From a virus (Duplodnaviria > Caudoviricetes), in the IMG/VR virus record IMGVR_UViG_3300025939_000001, positions 1,891 through 65,890 of that record: 64,000 bases of DNA; one strand, given 5' to 3'. Positions within the stretch are counted from its first letter, which is position 1. Each line of letters opens with the position of its first letter. Of the stretch, positions 20,347-29,107 are shown piece after piece. The notes below the pieces were generated by a model. That model was not told the origin of the DNA and did not search any database. It saw only the letters and a list, made by a program, of their open reading frames with translations. Made by a program: the position numbers and the translations under genes.

Positions 20347-20531
20347 TAACGTGTACTCCGTAGCACTTGCTCGAGTAGAGGCGCGAGTCCATTCGGCTTG
20401 CGAACATTCTCACGCAGTGATGTAGTTACCTCGTCAACTTCTTCTCGCTGTGCGATGACTTCGCGGTGCGCGCACTGCGCTTCCTCGAGATCCTCTGATG
20501 GCCCCCGTCGCAGCAGTCTCCACAAGCTCAT
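20346..20531 (-). CDS. Small protein (lysis cassette)
   Basis: Coupled overlaps on both sides. Confidence 0.6.
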   Translation of the reverse strand: MSLWRLLRRGPSEDLEEAQCAHREVIAQREEVDEVTTSLRENVRKPNGLAPLLEQVLRSTR

Positions 20532-20785
20532 TGGCTCTCGGTCTCTCTTTGGGCGACCTGTCGAAGGGCCCTGAAGGTATCGTCCGCAACACGTGACGAC
20601 TCGAGCAGCTTGCTGTTTTGTGCGAGGGCTTCCTCAGCGACTTTCTTCCACTCATCTCGCTGCGCGCGTACGTCATCGTACGTTGGCTTTGGGATGAGAC
20701 GTCCAACTAGGATGAAGAGGACACAGAGTGCAAGGAGCCCAGTGGGACCCCACTTGGCGAGCAACAGCTCCAGTGGGAGATCCAC
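20528..20785 (-). CDS. Single-TM holin-like/accessory lysis protein
   Basis: N-terminal TM followed by a coiled coil (QRDEWK). Directly after the endolysin. Confidence 0.65.
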   Translation of the reverse strand: MDLPLELLLAKWGPTGLLALCVLFILVGRLIPKPTYDDVRAQRDEWKKVAEEALAQNSKLLESSRVADDTFRALRQVAQRETESQ

Positions 20786-20788
20786 GTG

Positions 20789-21598
20789 TTACTCGGACTC
20801 AGCCCGCTGAGCTGCGTTGAACATCAGGTCGCCAAAGATGCGAGCAACCTCGGGATCGAGCAGTGCCTGCTTGACAGCGGCGACGAGCTGGTCCTGCGTC
20901 ACACCGCCGACGGCGAGTGCGTCGACACTCTTCTGGAGCTTCTTGATGGGGTTCGGAAAACCCTCTGGCGGCATGCCAGAGTTTGGCCAGTCGTTGTCAA
21001 ACTTGATGCGATCAGTGTTTGCAACGATGGCAGTGACGCCTCGTTCGGCGTTGGCGATGAGCTGAGAGTCACCCACGGAGTAGCCGCCTTTCATGCGAGC
21101 GATGGGATCGTACCCATCTGCACGAGTGTCATTATCGATGTCGGATCGACCACTGGCGTGGATGTGTCCGTCATCAGAGCTTGGACGTGTGGTGTGTTTG
21201 AGAGGATTGCTGGCGTCGGTCCAGCGGACCTGCTGGCAATTCCCCTTCTCGTCCGTCCAGTTGATGTACTTGATCCACATGGCGCCTGGGTAACCAGCGT
21301 CACGATCCTTGATCATCTGGCGAGCAATGTCTGCGTTTTCTTTCTTCGCAGCGGCTGTGCCGTTACGCGGCATGATGTCGATCGCACGTGCCACGTACTT
21401 TGCGTTCGTCCCTGGCCAGCCCGTCACAGAGTACGGTGTGTGGTCTTCAGGGGTGTTGGCCTTCTGATGTTCCTCGTTTGGGTAGTCGTACACCGTCAGC
21501 CCATATGCGCGAAGCGACTTCTGCGTCTGCGCGAGTGGACGTGCAAGCGTGTATGGTTGACCGACCTTGACCCACGTTGTGTATGCTGCCGTTGCCAT
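20789..21598 (-). CDS. Endolysin, Zn-peptidase (M15-like) type
   Basis: H...DH...AIDIM...HIHAS motif pattern. Upstream of the membrane genes. ATG 21598 has a GGAGG RBS. Confidence 0.65.
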   Translation of the reverse strand: MATAAYTTWVKVGQPYTLARPLAQTQKSLRAYGLTVYDYPNEEHQKANTPEDHTPYSVTGWPGTNAKYVARAIDIMPRNGTAAAKKENADIARQMIKDRDAGYPGAMWIKYINWTDEKGNCQQVRWTDASNPLKHTTRPSSDDGHIHASGRSDIDNDTRADGYDPIARMKGGYSVGDSQLIANAERGVTAIVANTDRIKFDNDWPNSGMPPEGFPNPIKKLQKSVDALAVGGVTQDQLVAAVKQALLDPEVARIFGDLMFNAAQRAESE

Positions 21599-21721
21599 CT
21601 GCCCTCCCCACTGGGTGGTTACGACAGATTCTAGCAAGTCTAGACATAGCACGCCGGGAGGCACCAAGGGGGTCAATCCTGGTACCTCCCGGCGGAGGGC
21701 GATCAAGCTCTCTGTCTCACC

Positions 21722-22126
21722 TCAGAGAGCGACCGTCTCCTCGACTGGAGCGTCGGTCTGCTCGACGGAGGTAGGCGCCTCCGCGGGGCTCGGAGCATTA
21801 CCGGCGATCCAACGTGCAGCGCCGCCACCAGCGTTGGTCTTGTAGACCTTGCCGTCACGCTTGAGGCGCCACAGCGACAGGTACACCTTGTTCGGCGCGA
21901 GGTCGAGCGCGGTGGCGATCTCTTCCTTGGTCTTGCCGGCGACGACGTCTTCGACGTTCGCCGACAGGTACTCGAGAACCTTGGCGTCCTGGTCGATGGT
22001 CGCCTGCGGACGCGGGCGACCGCTGCCAGACTTGGTGTTGGCGACGGCGTTCTCGAGGCTGGCGGCCTCATCGACCGGCACAGCGGTCTCGTCGACGGGA
22101 GCCTCAGGGGCGGTCGGGTCGGTCAT
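21722..22126 (-). CDS. Winged-HTH DNA-binding protein (probable internal start inside the methyltransferase ORF)
   Basis: AAGGAC then ATG at 22126. TKEEIATALDLAPNKVYLSLWRLKRDGKV is a wHTH. Codon usage shifts to high GC3. Confidence 0.55.
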   Translation of the reverse strand: MTDPTAPEAPVDETAVPVDEAASLENAVANTKSGSGRPRPQATIDQDAKVLEYLSANVEDVVAGKTKEEIATALDLAPNKVYLSLWRLKRDGKVYKTNAGGGAARWIAGNAPSPAEAPTSVEQTDAPVEETVAL

Positions 22127-23389
22127 GGTCAGTCCTTGTCCTTGAAGAAGTTTACGGAACTTTTTGAGCGTCGAATTCGACTGTACCACATCTGAAGTCG
22201 AAGCGTTCGTCGTGTCGATTAAATGTTCCCGCTCGCCGATCTTGACTCCCGTGAAGGAGCCTGGATTCTCCTCTAGAGCGGCTCGAATCCAACCGCCGAT
22301 CCAGTTGCCACAGTCGACTGTAATACCTTTACCCCAGGTGGCTGGGAGACCCGGAACGCTACGTAGAGGTTCAATCAGCCAGCTGTCTGGGAAGCCGAGG
22401 ATCCGCGCAACCTCACGATGTGTCAACATCCGAGGTTTTCTTGGGTGCAGTGTGATGACGGGGCCTGCGCCGGTGATTACTCTCGCTGGATCACTCGCTC
22501 GCCAGCGAACTGGTGTGTTGAATCCCATGTTGAACCCTCGGGCGACCACCTTCTCCTCAAAGGACGCCCATGAATTGGGCAGTCGTCCGTGGGTGTCGTA
22601 GTAACGCTTGGCAACTCGAGCAAGGTGGTCACCCTCTGGCCACTCCACACCCGACAAAAGGTCAACCACTCTATGAACGATTGGAGAACGAACCGACATG
22701 TGCCCGTCCACGAGCCCGTCGTCACGTGTGCGAGGCGTGGCCCACCAGGAAGGAGGCGTGTCACCCACAGGCTGCGGTAGCCAGGTTTCGGGGAGATGCT
22801 CCAAGTCGCCGATAGCGTCGTCCAACACAGGCAGTCGACTTGGGCGAGGCCACTCGATCCCAAAAGGAACCCTTGCGGCGACCCAAAAATACCGTCGCCG
22901 ATGCGCGACTCCACCGACTGCGTATGCGTCGTGTAGAACGTGAAAGAGCGTCCAATTCTCATTCGTCAGTTCCTCCAACCGTTCACGCAGTGCTCGCATG
23001 AGCGCGAGACCATCCGGCCGCGTGAAGGCGAGCTGTACCGACTCAAAGACTGCGACTTGCGGCTTTACTTTCGCGGCATACTCAACGAATGACCACATGC
23101 ACTGGTTGATCGGAGAATTCGCACCACGGAAGTGCTTCGCTGACATACCAGAGAAACCCGAGCACGGTGGATTGCCGGCAACCACATCACTCTCCACGAC
23201 GCTCCACTGGGTAGCGTCCACGGCTTCTGCTTTCCATCCTGCACCAAGTAGGTGGCGGTTCGCTTCGCAATTCGCGACACCGAAACCTCCCTTCATCTCT
23301 CGCTTACCGACGAGCTCGAAGCCCGCCTGGACCATCCCTAAGGTAAAGCCACCAGCGAACCCGAGCACGTCGACAAAGCGAAAGGTCAT
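21722..23389 (-). CDS. C5-cytosine DNA methyltransferase, in frame with a C-terminal winged HTH
   Basis: Motif I FVDVLGFAGG, IV GNPPCSGFS, VI FESV, VIII RRRYFW, IX/X R.LT.RE.ARI.GFPD..GKGI. Confidence 0.85.
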   Translation of the reverse strand: MTFRFVDVLGFAGGFTLGMVQAGFELVGKREMKGGFGVANCEANRHLLGAGWKAEAVDATQWSVVESDVVAGNPPCSGFSGMSAKHFRGANSPINQCMWSFVEYAAKVKPQVAVFESVQLAFTRPDGLALMRALRERLEELTNENWTLFHVLHDAYAVGGVAHRRRYFWVAARVPFGIEWPRPSRLPVLDDAIGDLEHLPETWLPQPVGDTPPSWWATPRTRDDGLVDGHMSVRSPIVHRVVDLLSGVEWPEGDHLARVAKRYYDTHGRLPNSWASFEEKVVARGFNMGFNTPVRWRASDPARVITGAGPVITLHPRKPRMLTHREVARILGFPDSWLIEPLRSVPGLPATWGKGITVDCGNWIGGWIRAALEENPGSFTGVKIGEREHLIDTTNASTSDVVQSNSTLKKFRKLLQGQGLTMTDPTAPEAPVDETAVPVDEAASLENAVANTKSGSGRPRPQATIDQDAKVLEYLSANVEDVVAGKTKEEIATALDLAPNKVYLSLWRLKRDGKVYKTNAGGGAARWIAGNAPSPAEAPTSVEQTDAPVEETVAL

Positions 23390-23410
23390 GTATCTATCTT
23401 ACTAGGAACA

Positions 23411-23776
23411 TCACCCAGTGGGGCTGATGTAGCCGTTGTCCTCGCGGTCGTGATTGATACCGTTCTTGCGAAGGTACTCGTTGAAGAACTCATCCGCGGA
23501 GATGTTGGCGACCAGTAGCAGGTTCATGAAGAAGTGCCAGGCGTCGACCATCTCGGCGAGATAGCTTTCACGGTTGATGCCACGGATGACGTGGTTACTC
23601 CACGGCTTCCACGCTGTCTCACGGAGTGCTTCGTGCAGCTCATCCTCGGTGGCGAGCACCATGGTGCGGATGAAGTCCATTCGCGCCGTGCCGCCCAGGT
23701 CACTGGGCGCAACACCACTGTACTTGATCTGCAGTGCTTCCTGCATTCGCAGCATTTCCTCGAGACGATCCATCAT
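23411..23776 (-). CDS. All-alpha NTP pyrophosphohydrolase (dCTPase/dUTPase, MazG-like)
   Basis: EDELHEAL...WKPW...EMVDAWHFFMNL...EYLRKN..N..R motifs. Confidence 0.85.
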   Translation of the reverse strand: MMDRLEEMLRMQEALQIKYSGVAPSDLGGTARMDFIRTMVLATEDELHEALRETAWKPWSNHVIRGINRESYLAEMVDAWHFFMNLLLVANISADEFFNEYLRKNGINHDREDNGYISPTG

Positions 23777-24768
23777 CCTTCGAGCTCCTTCTTAACTTGA
23801 TCGTAGATCCACGCGTACGTCTTCATAATACCAGCTGTGAGATCGATCTGCGGCTCCCAACCACCCGTGACTTCCCTTAGCAGTGTGTTGTCCGAATTGC
23901 GACCGTGGACACCCTGTGGCTTGTCGAGCTGGTAGTTGCGCTGGAGGACACCAACTCGTCCGTACGCCACCTCCTCAACGGCGGTCACAAGCTGGTTCAC
24001 AGTCACCCAGGACGAGGTACCGAGGTTCACCGGCGCCTGCATGCCGCTTTCCATGATGCGACGAATGCCCTCGACGTTGTCGTCAATGTACATGAACGAC
24101 CGCGTCCTCGAGCCATCACCCCAGATGTCGATCTGCGGGATGTCGCTTAGCTTCGCCATGGCGACCTTGCGACAGATGGCGGCAGGTGCCTTCTCGCGGC
24201 CGTCCCTCCACGAACCAAGTGGACCATACGAGTTGTGGAATCGGACGACACGCACGTCGAGACCACGCTCGATGCGGTGATACTCCATGAGCTTTTCAGC
24301 ATACAGCTTCTCCCAGCCATAGCCTGGCTCCGGATCCGCGGGGTGCGCCATGTCTTCGCGCAGCGGAACCGGCTCATGCATGTATCGATCGCTCTGCCAG
24401 TTGCGTGAGTAAGCGCACGCCGACGAACTGAAGAACACGCGCTGACCCTCGTGACAGGCGTTGAGCAGGTTCACCGTCGTGGTGATGGATGACGCACACT
24501 CGACGAGATGCGTCTCGATGAACCCGATGCCGCCCATGTTCTCTGCGAGATGGTACACGTCATCTGCCTGCATGAGGGCGTACTGGAAGTACTGTGGCTG
24601 TCCCGCATCGGTACGCTCGCGGTTGTTCGCCTCGTCATGGATCTGCCACCACTCCGCGAACGGCTTGATGTCGATGGCAACGACCTTGTTACCTTCCTCG
24701 AGCAGTCGCTTGACGAGATGGCCGCCGATGAAGCCACCGGCTCCTGTGACCAACACATTACGAGACAT
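23773..24768 (-). CDS. NAD-dependent epimerase, GDP-mannose 3,5-epimerase-like
   Basis: TGAGGFIG, HLAENMGG.GFI, SSACAY, YGWEK, GREKAPAA.CRKV, DG..TRSF.YIDD.VEGI, P.GV.GRNSDN, all characteristic of the GME family. Confidence 0.85.
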   Translation of the reverse strand: MSRNVLVTGAGGFIGGHLVKRLLEEGNKVVAIDIKPFAEWWQIHDEANNRERTDAGQPQYFQYALMQADDVYHLAENMGGIGFIETHLVECASSITTTVNLLNACHEGQRVFFSSSACAYSRNWQSDRYMHEPVPLREDMAHPADPEPGYGWEKLYAEKLMEYHRIERGLDVRVVRFHNSYGPLGSWRDGREKAPAAICRKVAMAKLSDIPQIDIWGDGSRTRSFMYIDDNVEGIRRIMESGMQAPVNLGTSSWVTVNQLVTAVEEVAYGRVGVLQRNYQLDKPQGVHGRNSDNTLLREVTGGWEPQIDLTAGIMKTYAWIYDQVKKELEG

Positions 24769-26044
24769 TGTCGAGCCTTTCTTCGATCATGCGGAGATAC
24801 CGCTTCTCTTTCATGGCATTGTCGAAGTGCTCACGCTGCTTGGTGATGATCCAGCGGAACGCCTCTGGATTTGCAGCGATCGCTGCGAGACGAAGCTTGA
24901 GTTCGCGTGGAGTCTTCACACGAAGCCAGTCGTGAAGTCCCGGATGCGCGTCCTTCAGGATGTGGTTCTGCGTGTCGTACTCGGGGTGGAAAAAGCAGAC
25001 GGTGCCGGCGGCGAACGCCTCCCACGGCTTCGTTGTTGCCCAGCCACTGCCACTGGACGGTGTCGTGAAGGTGCACCGCGTGGAGTTGAGCAGGGGGAAG
25101 TACTGGTCCCATGGCGCGGGCTTGATTTCACGACCGACTTGCCGCTGACCCTCATTGCTCCACGCGCCATGAATCCAGTCTGGAGCCATCGGGTTTACCC
25201 AGTGGTTGATCGCGTCGACCCGGCTCAACCCCTTCTTGACACCGTTCGCACGTGCCTCGTTGATGAACAGTCCGAATCGATGCGGACGATCAAACGACGA
25301 GTTGAACGTGATGAGATCACCAAATGGCGTCCCAGGCGCGAGCGCGTTGATCTCTAGCCGCGAGTACACGTTTTCAACGACAGATGTCCTGATCTGGAAT
25401 GTCTCAGGATTATACTGTTCATGCTTGAGACCATGCTTGAAGTCGAACTGCGTCAGCACTGGATGGTTCAGCGGATGCTTGAGATCACGCATCTTGTGTC
25501 GGTTTCGCGCGTCAGCGTTGAGCCAGATGGCATCATGCGTGTGCGCTCGTCCATGACGGAACTGGTTCACACCGTCGAGGATGTAACCCGCGTAGAACGC
25601 GCACCAGTCCTGTGGCTTCGTCCACTGGGTATGGTCGTCGACTTTCGGGATGGACATGTTACTGGAGCCATGCTGTCCAGTCCAGATGACGAGGCCGTCA
25701 AGACTGCTCCAGATGTCTCCCATGATATTACGGAAGATCTTGGTGATCTGCTTGTGCTGCTCGACAGTCAGGTTGCCCTTGATGTTCGCCTTGGCGAGTG
25801 CGCTGCGAAGTTGGCCGCGCCACCTATCTTCCGTCCATGGATTGAACACGTTCTCTGGCAGCCCAACACTTTGTGTGTTTTCACCAGAGTTTCGGCCAAC
25901 GAGAACGAAGTGATCATCTGGGTGCCGAAGCGCCAGCTCGTTGATGACCGCGTACTTCTCCACATCACCACCAAGCGTGCCACACTTAGCGAGGCTCAAT
26001 GGCATGCTTCGACCCAGTGTGGCGTAACCGATCAGTCTTCCCAC
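24758..26044 (-). CDS. DNA base glycosyltransferase, T4 beta-glucosyltransferase-like (GT-B)
   Basis: The C-terminus ATTKPWEAFAAGTVCFFHPEYDTQNHIL resembles T4 BGT ITLRVWETMASDAVMLIDEEFDTKHRII (recalled). GTG 26044 has a GGAG RBS. Confidence 0.7.
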   Translation of the reverse strand: MGRLIGYATLGRSMPLSLAKCGTLGGDVEKYAVINELALRHPDDHFVLVGRNSGENTQSVGLPENVFNPWTEDRWRGQLRSALAKANIKGNLTVEQHKQITKIFRNIMGDIWSSLDGLVIWTGQHGSSNMSIPKVDDHTQWTKPQDWCAFYAGYILDGVNQFRHGRAHTHDAIWLNADARNRHKMRDLKHPLNHPVLTQFDFKHGLKHEQYNPETFQIRTSVVENVYSRLEINALAPGTPFGDLITFNSSFDRPHRFGLFINEARANGVKKGLSRVDAINHWVNPMAPDWIHGAWSNEGQRQVGREIKPAPWDQYFPLLNSTRCTFTTPSSGSGWATTKPWEAFAAGTVCFFHPEYDTQNHILKDAHPGLHDWLRVKTPRELKLRLAAIAANPEAFRWIITKQREHFDNAMKEKRYLRMIEERLDNVS

Positions 26045-27084
26045 TTGAGCGTCTCCAAATCCTGCTGCCACGCGGCAAAAGCGTGCGTCAACTGTGGAGG
26101 AATGATTTCGTCGTGCCACGTCAGCATCGCATGCACGTGCTGCATCGCACTGGTGATCGTGGACTGCTTACTCAGGTCAATCTCACGGAGGATCTCACAC
26201 AGCCGTGGCGTCCATCGCATGCCGTGAATCTCGGCCTCGATGTCCTTCGTCAGATCGTGTTCGTTGCGATCCTGATGCACCACTGGGTGACCATAGTACA
26301 CGCCGTAGCCGAAGTGGTCCATCACCTTGCGAGCGAGATAGCTGGCCCAGATGTCGTCGTAGCGACCAACACCCGGCCACACCATCATGAGAGGTGCCAG
26401 CTCTGCGCGATACATCGTTGCCTGCGAGTTGAACGGACCCCAGGTGCCAGGAGTCAGGACGAACGGTTGGTCGGTGATGGACTCAACAAGCGGTCCATTG
26501 ACGAGTCGATCCACCCCATCGATGTCCGGGTCACCGGTCCAAAACATGGCACCGACGCCGATCTTGCATTCCGCAGCCTGATTCCTATACGTGCGCACAC
26601 CGCGCTGGTTGAGAGGGAAGCCACGATGAACGATTTCGTTATGATCGTAATCATACACTCCCCAACACGGATTCTCCCAACCAGTATTGGTTGCGACCCA
26701 CTTGATGTCGTCGTTGTACACGGTCATCCGGTTGCGAAGCACACCGATCTGGTTGTCCATGGTGGGAATGTTGTCGTCGTCCACAGTGAGGATGTACTGC
26801 GGGTTGAGCTTCATTGCCTCGAGCAGTGCGATGTTTCGTCGCTGGATGGAGTTCCAGCCGATGGCTTCGCTGCTTGCCCACGCAATCTGGTCGTCGGGGT
26901 GTAGGTAACGCGTGGTGATGCCATGCGTCAGCGTGATAACGTCAAGCACGTCGATGATCTCGTCGTGCGGAGATTTCTTGTCACCGGCGACGATGATGAC
27001 GTCATCGACGGTGAGACCCTTTGCCCACTTGGCGAGCACGTGTGGCACGTTGATCGTTGTGGTGATCAAGACGGTGTGAGTCAT
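26032..27084 (-). CDS. RGP/UDP-arabinopyranose mutase (GT75)/STELLO-like protein
   Basis: VDDDN, HRGFP, W.G.PDID, GRYDDIW.SY and H.RN.HD...D..AE motifs. Confidence 0.7.
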   Translation of the reverse strand: MTHTVLITTTINVPHVLAKWAKGLTVDDVIIVAGDKKSPHDEIIDVLDVITLTHGITTRYLHPDDQIAWASSEAIGWNSIQRRNIALLEAMKLNPQYILTVDDDNIPTMDNQIGVLRNRMTVYNDDIKWVATNTGWENPCWGVYDYDHNEIVHRGFPLNQRGVRTYRNQAAECKIGVGAMFWTGDPDIDGVDRLVNGPLVESITDQPFVLTPGTWGPFNSQATMYRAELAPLMMVWPGVGRYDDIWASYLARKVMDHFGYGVYYGHPVVHQDRNEHDLTKDIEAEIHGMRWTPRLCEILREIDLSKQSTITSAMQHVHAMLTWHDEIIPPQLTHAFAAWQQDLETLKWED

Positions 27085-27100
27085 GCTTCTCCTCTCATAC

Positions 27101-27139
27101 AAAAAGGCGACCAGCAGACCCTTAATCTGCTGGTCGCCT
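27101..27139 (-). terminator. Intrinsic terminator after the SSB gene
   Basis: AGGCGACCAGCAGA/TCTGCTGGTCGCCT stem followed by a T5 tract on the minus strand. Confidence 0.8.
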
Positions 27140-27192
27140 CGTTGTCGACTATACCATAAGTCGTCGCTGGTTAGTCGTTGATCACCATCTAC

Positions 27193-27840
27193 TTAGATGG
27201 GCAGTGCAGGCGGCGAGTCCGGCGCGTTCGGCCCCGCGACGGCGCCCGTGACGCCACCGATCGTCGCCGGGTTGATGTCCGGCTCCGGCGTCAACGGAGT
27301 CGGCTTGGCCGTCGGCAGACCCGCCACCGGAGTAGCGGTAGAAGTCGGCGTAGCACTCGTCGGGAGGACTGGACCAGGCGCGCCGATAACCGTACCTGGA
27401 GCGACCGGGCCAGCCGCTCCAGGGAGACCAGAGGCTCCACCGAGCTGCGTCAGCCAGCCCTGAACCTCGTTACGGTCGACACCCTGCCACGCCTTGTGAC
27501 CGACCTTCACTCGAGCCGGACGGTTCAGCATCGCACTGGCGACCTGCTCCGGAGTCGGGTTCTGCGCGAAGAAGTTCGCGTCGAGACCGACGTTCTCCAT
27601 GTTCCGGAAGAAAATGGCGAGCGCCATCGGGTTGTCCGTGGAGACGACCAGGTTCGTCGGGATGCGGCGCTTGATGTTCGGGCCATCGGTGATCTCCACC
27701 TTGACCTTGAACATCAGTGCACCAGTGGACGCCTTCGTCGCATCAGCAGCGATGATCTTGACGTTGTAGTCGCCATCAGGCACCAGGTCAAGCTGACCCT
27801 TGGACTGCTGAAGCAACTCGCTGAATGAGAACTCAGCCAC
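27193..27840 (-). CDS. ssDNA-binding protein (DUF669-like)
   Basis: VPDGDYNVKII.A..TKASTG..M.KV...I..GP motif with a Pro/Ala-rich tail. Adjacent to the AAA ATPase. Confidence 0.75.
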   Translation of the reverse strand: MAEFSFSELLQQSKGQLDLVPDGDYNVKIIAADATKASTGALMFKVKVEITDGPNIKRRIPTNLVVSTDNPMALAIFFRNMENVGLDANFFAQNPTPEQVASAMLNRPARVKVGHKAWQGVDRNEVQGWLTQLGGASGLPGAAGPVAPGTVIGAPGPVLPTSATPTSTATPVAGLPTAKPTPLTPEPDINPATIGGVTGAVAGPNAPDSPPALPI

Positions 27841-28588
27841 GGTTGACCTCCATCATGTTGACGTTCTCGAAGATGGTCTTCATCATCGAGTCGATGTTGG
27901 GCTCGGTGACGACGTCACCAAGCGTTCCCTGTACACGCTCGCCGGTCTCGAACTGCGGATGTGAGCCGATCCACAGCTTGCGAACCTTCTTCGTCGGCTG
28001 CCCGTTTTCATCAGGAGCCATGTCGACGTAGAGGTACCCACAGATGTCGACGAGGTACGGCAGTGAGATACCGATCTGCCCCTGCATGTAGGGTTCCCAC
28101 TTGCCGGTCTTTCCATTCTGTCGGGTCTCTGCGATCATAACGACACACTGGATAGGACCAGGCAGCATCGTCATGTCGCGGAAGGCGCGAATCGTCGAGT
28201 CCATTTGCGTCAGCAGCTGACCCCAGTCCTGCATCTGCATCGCCTCGGTGCCCTTGAGGTTGGCCTTGAGGCGTCGCTGGATCTCGGTGATGGAGTCGAT
28301 GACCACAGAGCAGAAGTCGTGCTCGACCTGCGTGAGGTGTCGGAAGACCTGCTGCACGTGCACCCACTGGGTGATCGTGACGATGCAGGCGTCCCAGGTT
28401 CCGTCATGTCGTGGGATCGGCTCAGTCATCGGATCCCAGTGAATCTTGCGCGTCCTGATGAAACGCCAGGATCCCTCCGCGTCTAGCACCAGCACAGGTG
28501 GCGGTGCAGACGACGATAGTGTCGACTTACCCACCTTCGCGCCAGCGTGGACGAGCATCGAGAGGACTTCGATTTTATTCGTCGCCAT
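27833..28588 (-). CDS. AAA ATPase (Sak4-like recombinase)
   Basis: Walker A AGAKVGKST, Walker B VVIDSIT and QDWG motif. Confidence 0.8.
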   Translation of the reverse strand: MATNKIEVLSMLVHAGAKVGKSTLSSSAPPPVLVLDAEGSWRFIRTRKIHWDPMTEPIPRHDGTWDACIVTITQWVHVQQVFRHLTQVEHDFCSVVIDSITEIQRRLKANLKGTEAMQMQDWGQLLTQMDSTIRAFRDMTMLPGPIQCVVMIAETRQNGKTGKWEPYMQGQIGISLPYLVDICGYLYVDMAPDENGQPTKKVRKLWIGSHPQFETGERVQGTLGDVVTEPNIDSMMKTIFENVNMMEVNRG

Positions 28589-28688
28589 GCGTCGCCTTCT
28601 TCGCCGAGCTGGCGATGAACGCAACGATACAGACAGCACCAGTGGTGCCGACGATACAGATGCCAAGCAGTGCGGTTGGCCAGTCCAT
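28575..28688 (-). CDS. Small membrane peptide (37 aa)
   Basis: MDWPTALLGICIVGTTGAVCIVAFIASSAKKATHGDE. TAATG coupling upstream. Confidence 0.5.
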   Translation of the reverse strand: MDWPTALLGICIVGTTGAVCIVAFIASSAKKATHGDE

Positions 28689-29107
28689 TATCGTTTCACA
28701 CATCCTTCACATACGTAGTCACTGTGTTTCTGATAAGCCATCATTTCTCCTGGACGGCGAATGAGAAACAGCGGCTCATCTGGTTGAACGATTCGACGGC
28801 ATCGATAACAATTATGTTCGCTATGGGCATCCCAAACACCCGAGATGATATCACCACCTTCCCAGTTACGAAGCCATGGAATCAAGTCGAAAAGACTTGT
28901 GCGTGGACAATACTCGTGCACAACAATTTTACCCAATCGGCTTCCGTAACATGCGTTTTGACCGACAGTTACCTGAAGACCACAGTCAGCGCATCGATTC
29001 TCGTACTTTGCGATGAAACTTCCGCTCGTACGAAATACGTTTCCATGCTGCCACTGATCAGCAAGCGCAAGAAGCACTGACTTCGCACGGACAAGCTTAC
29101 GTGTCAT
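28688..29107 (-). CDS. Hypothetical Cys-rich protein
   Basis: CADCG, HEYC, CYRC and CEGC motifs. Fills the gap with coupled overlaps. Confidence 0.55.
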   Translation of the reverse strand: MTRKLVRAKSVLLALADQWQHGNVFRTSGSFIAKYENRCADCGLQVTVGQNACYGSRLGKIVVHEYCPRTSLFDLIPWLRNWEGGDIISGVWDAHSEHNCYRCRRIVQPDEPLFLIRRPGEMMAYQKHSDYVCEGCVKR

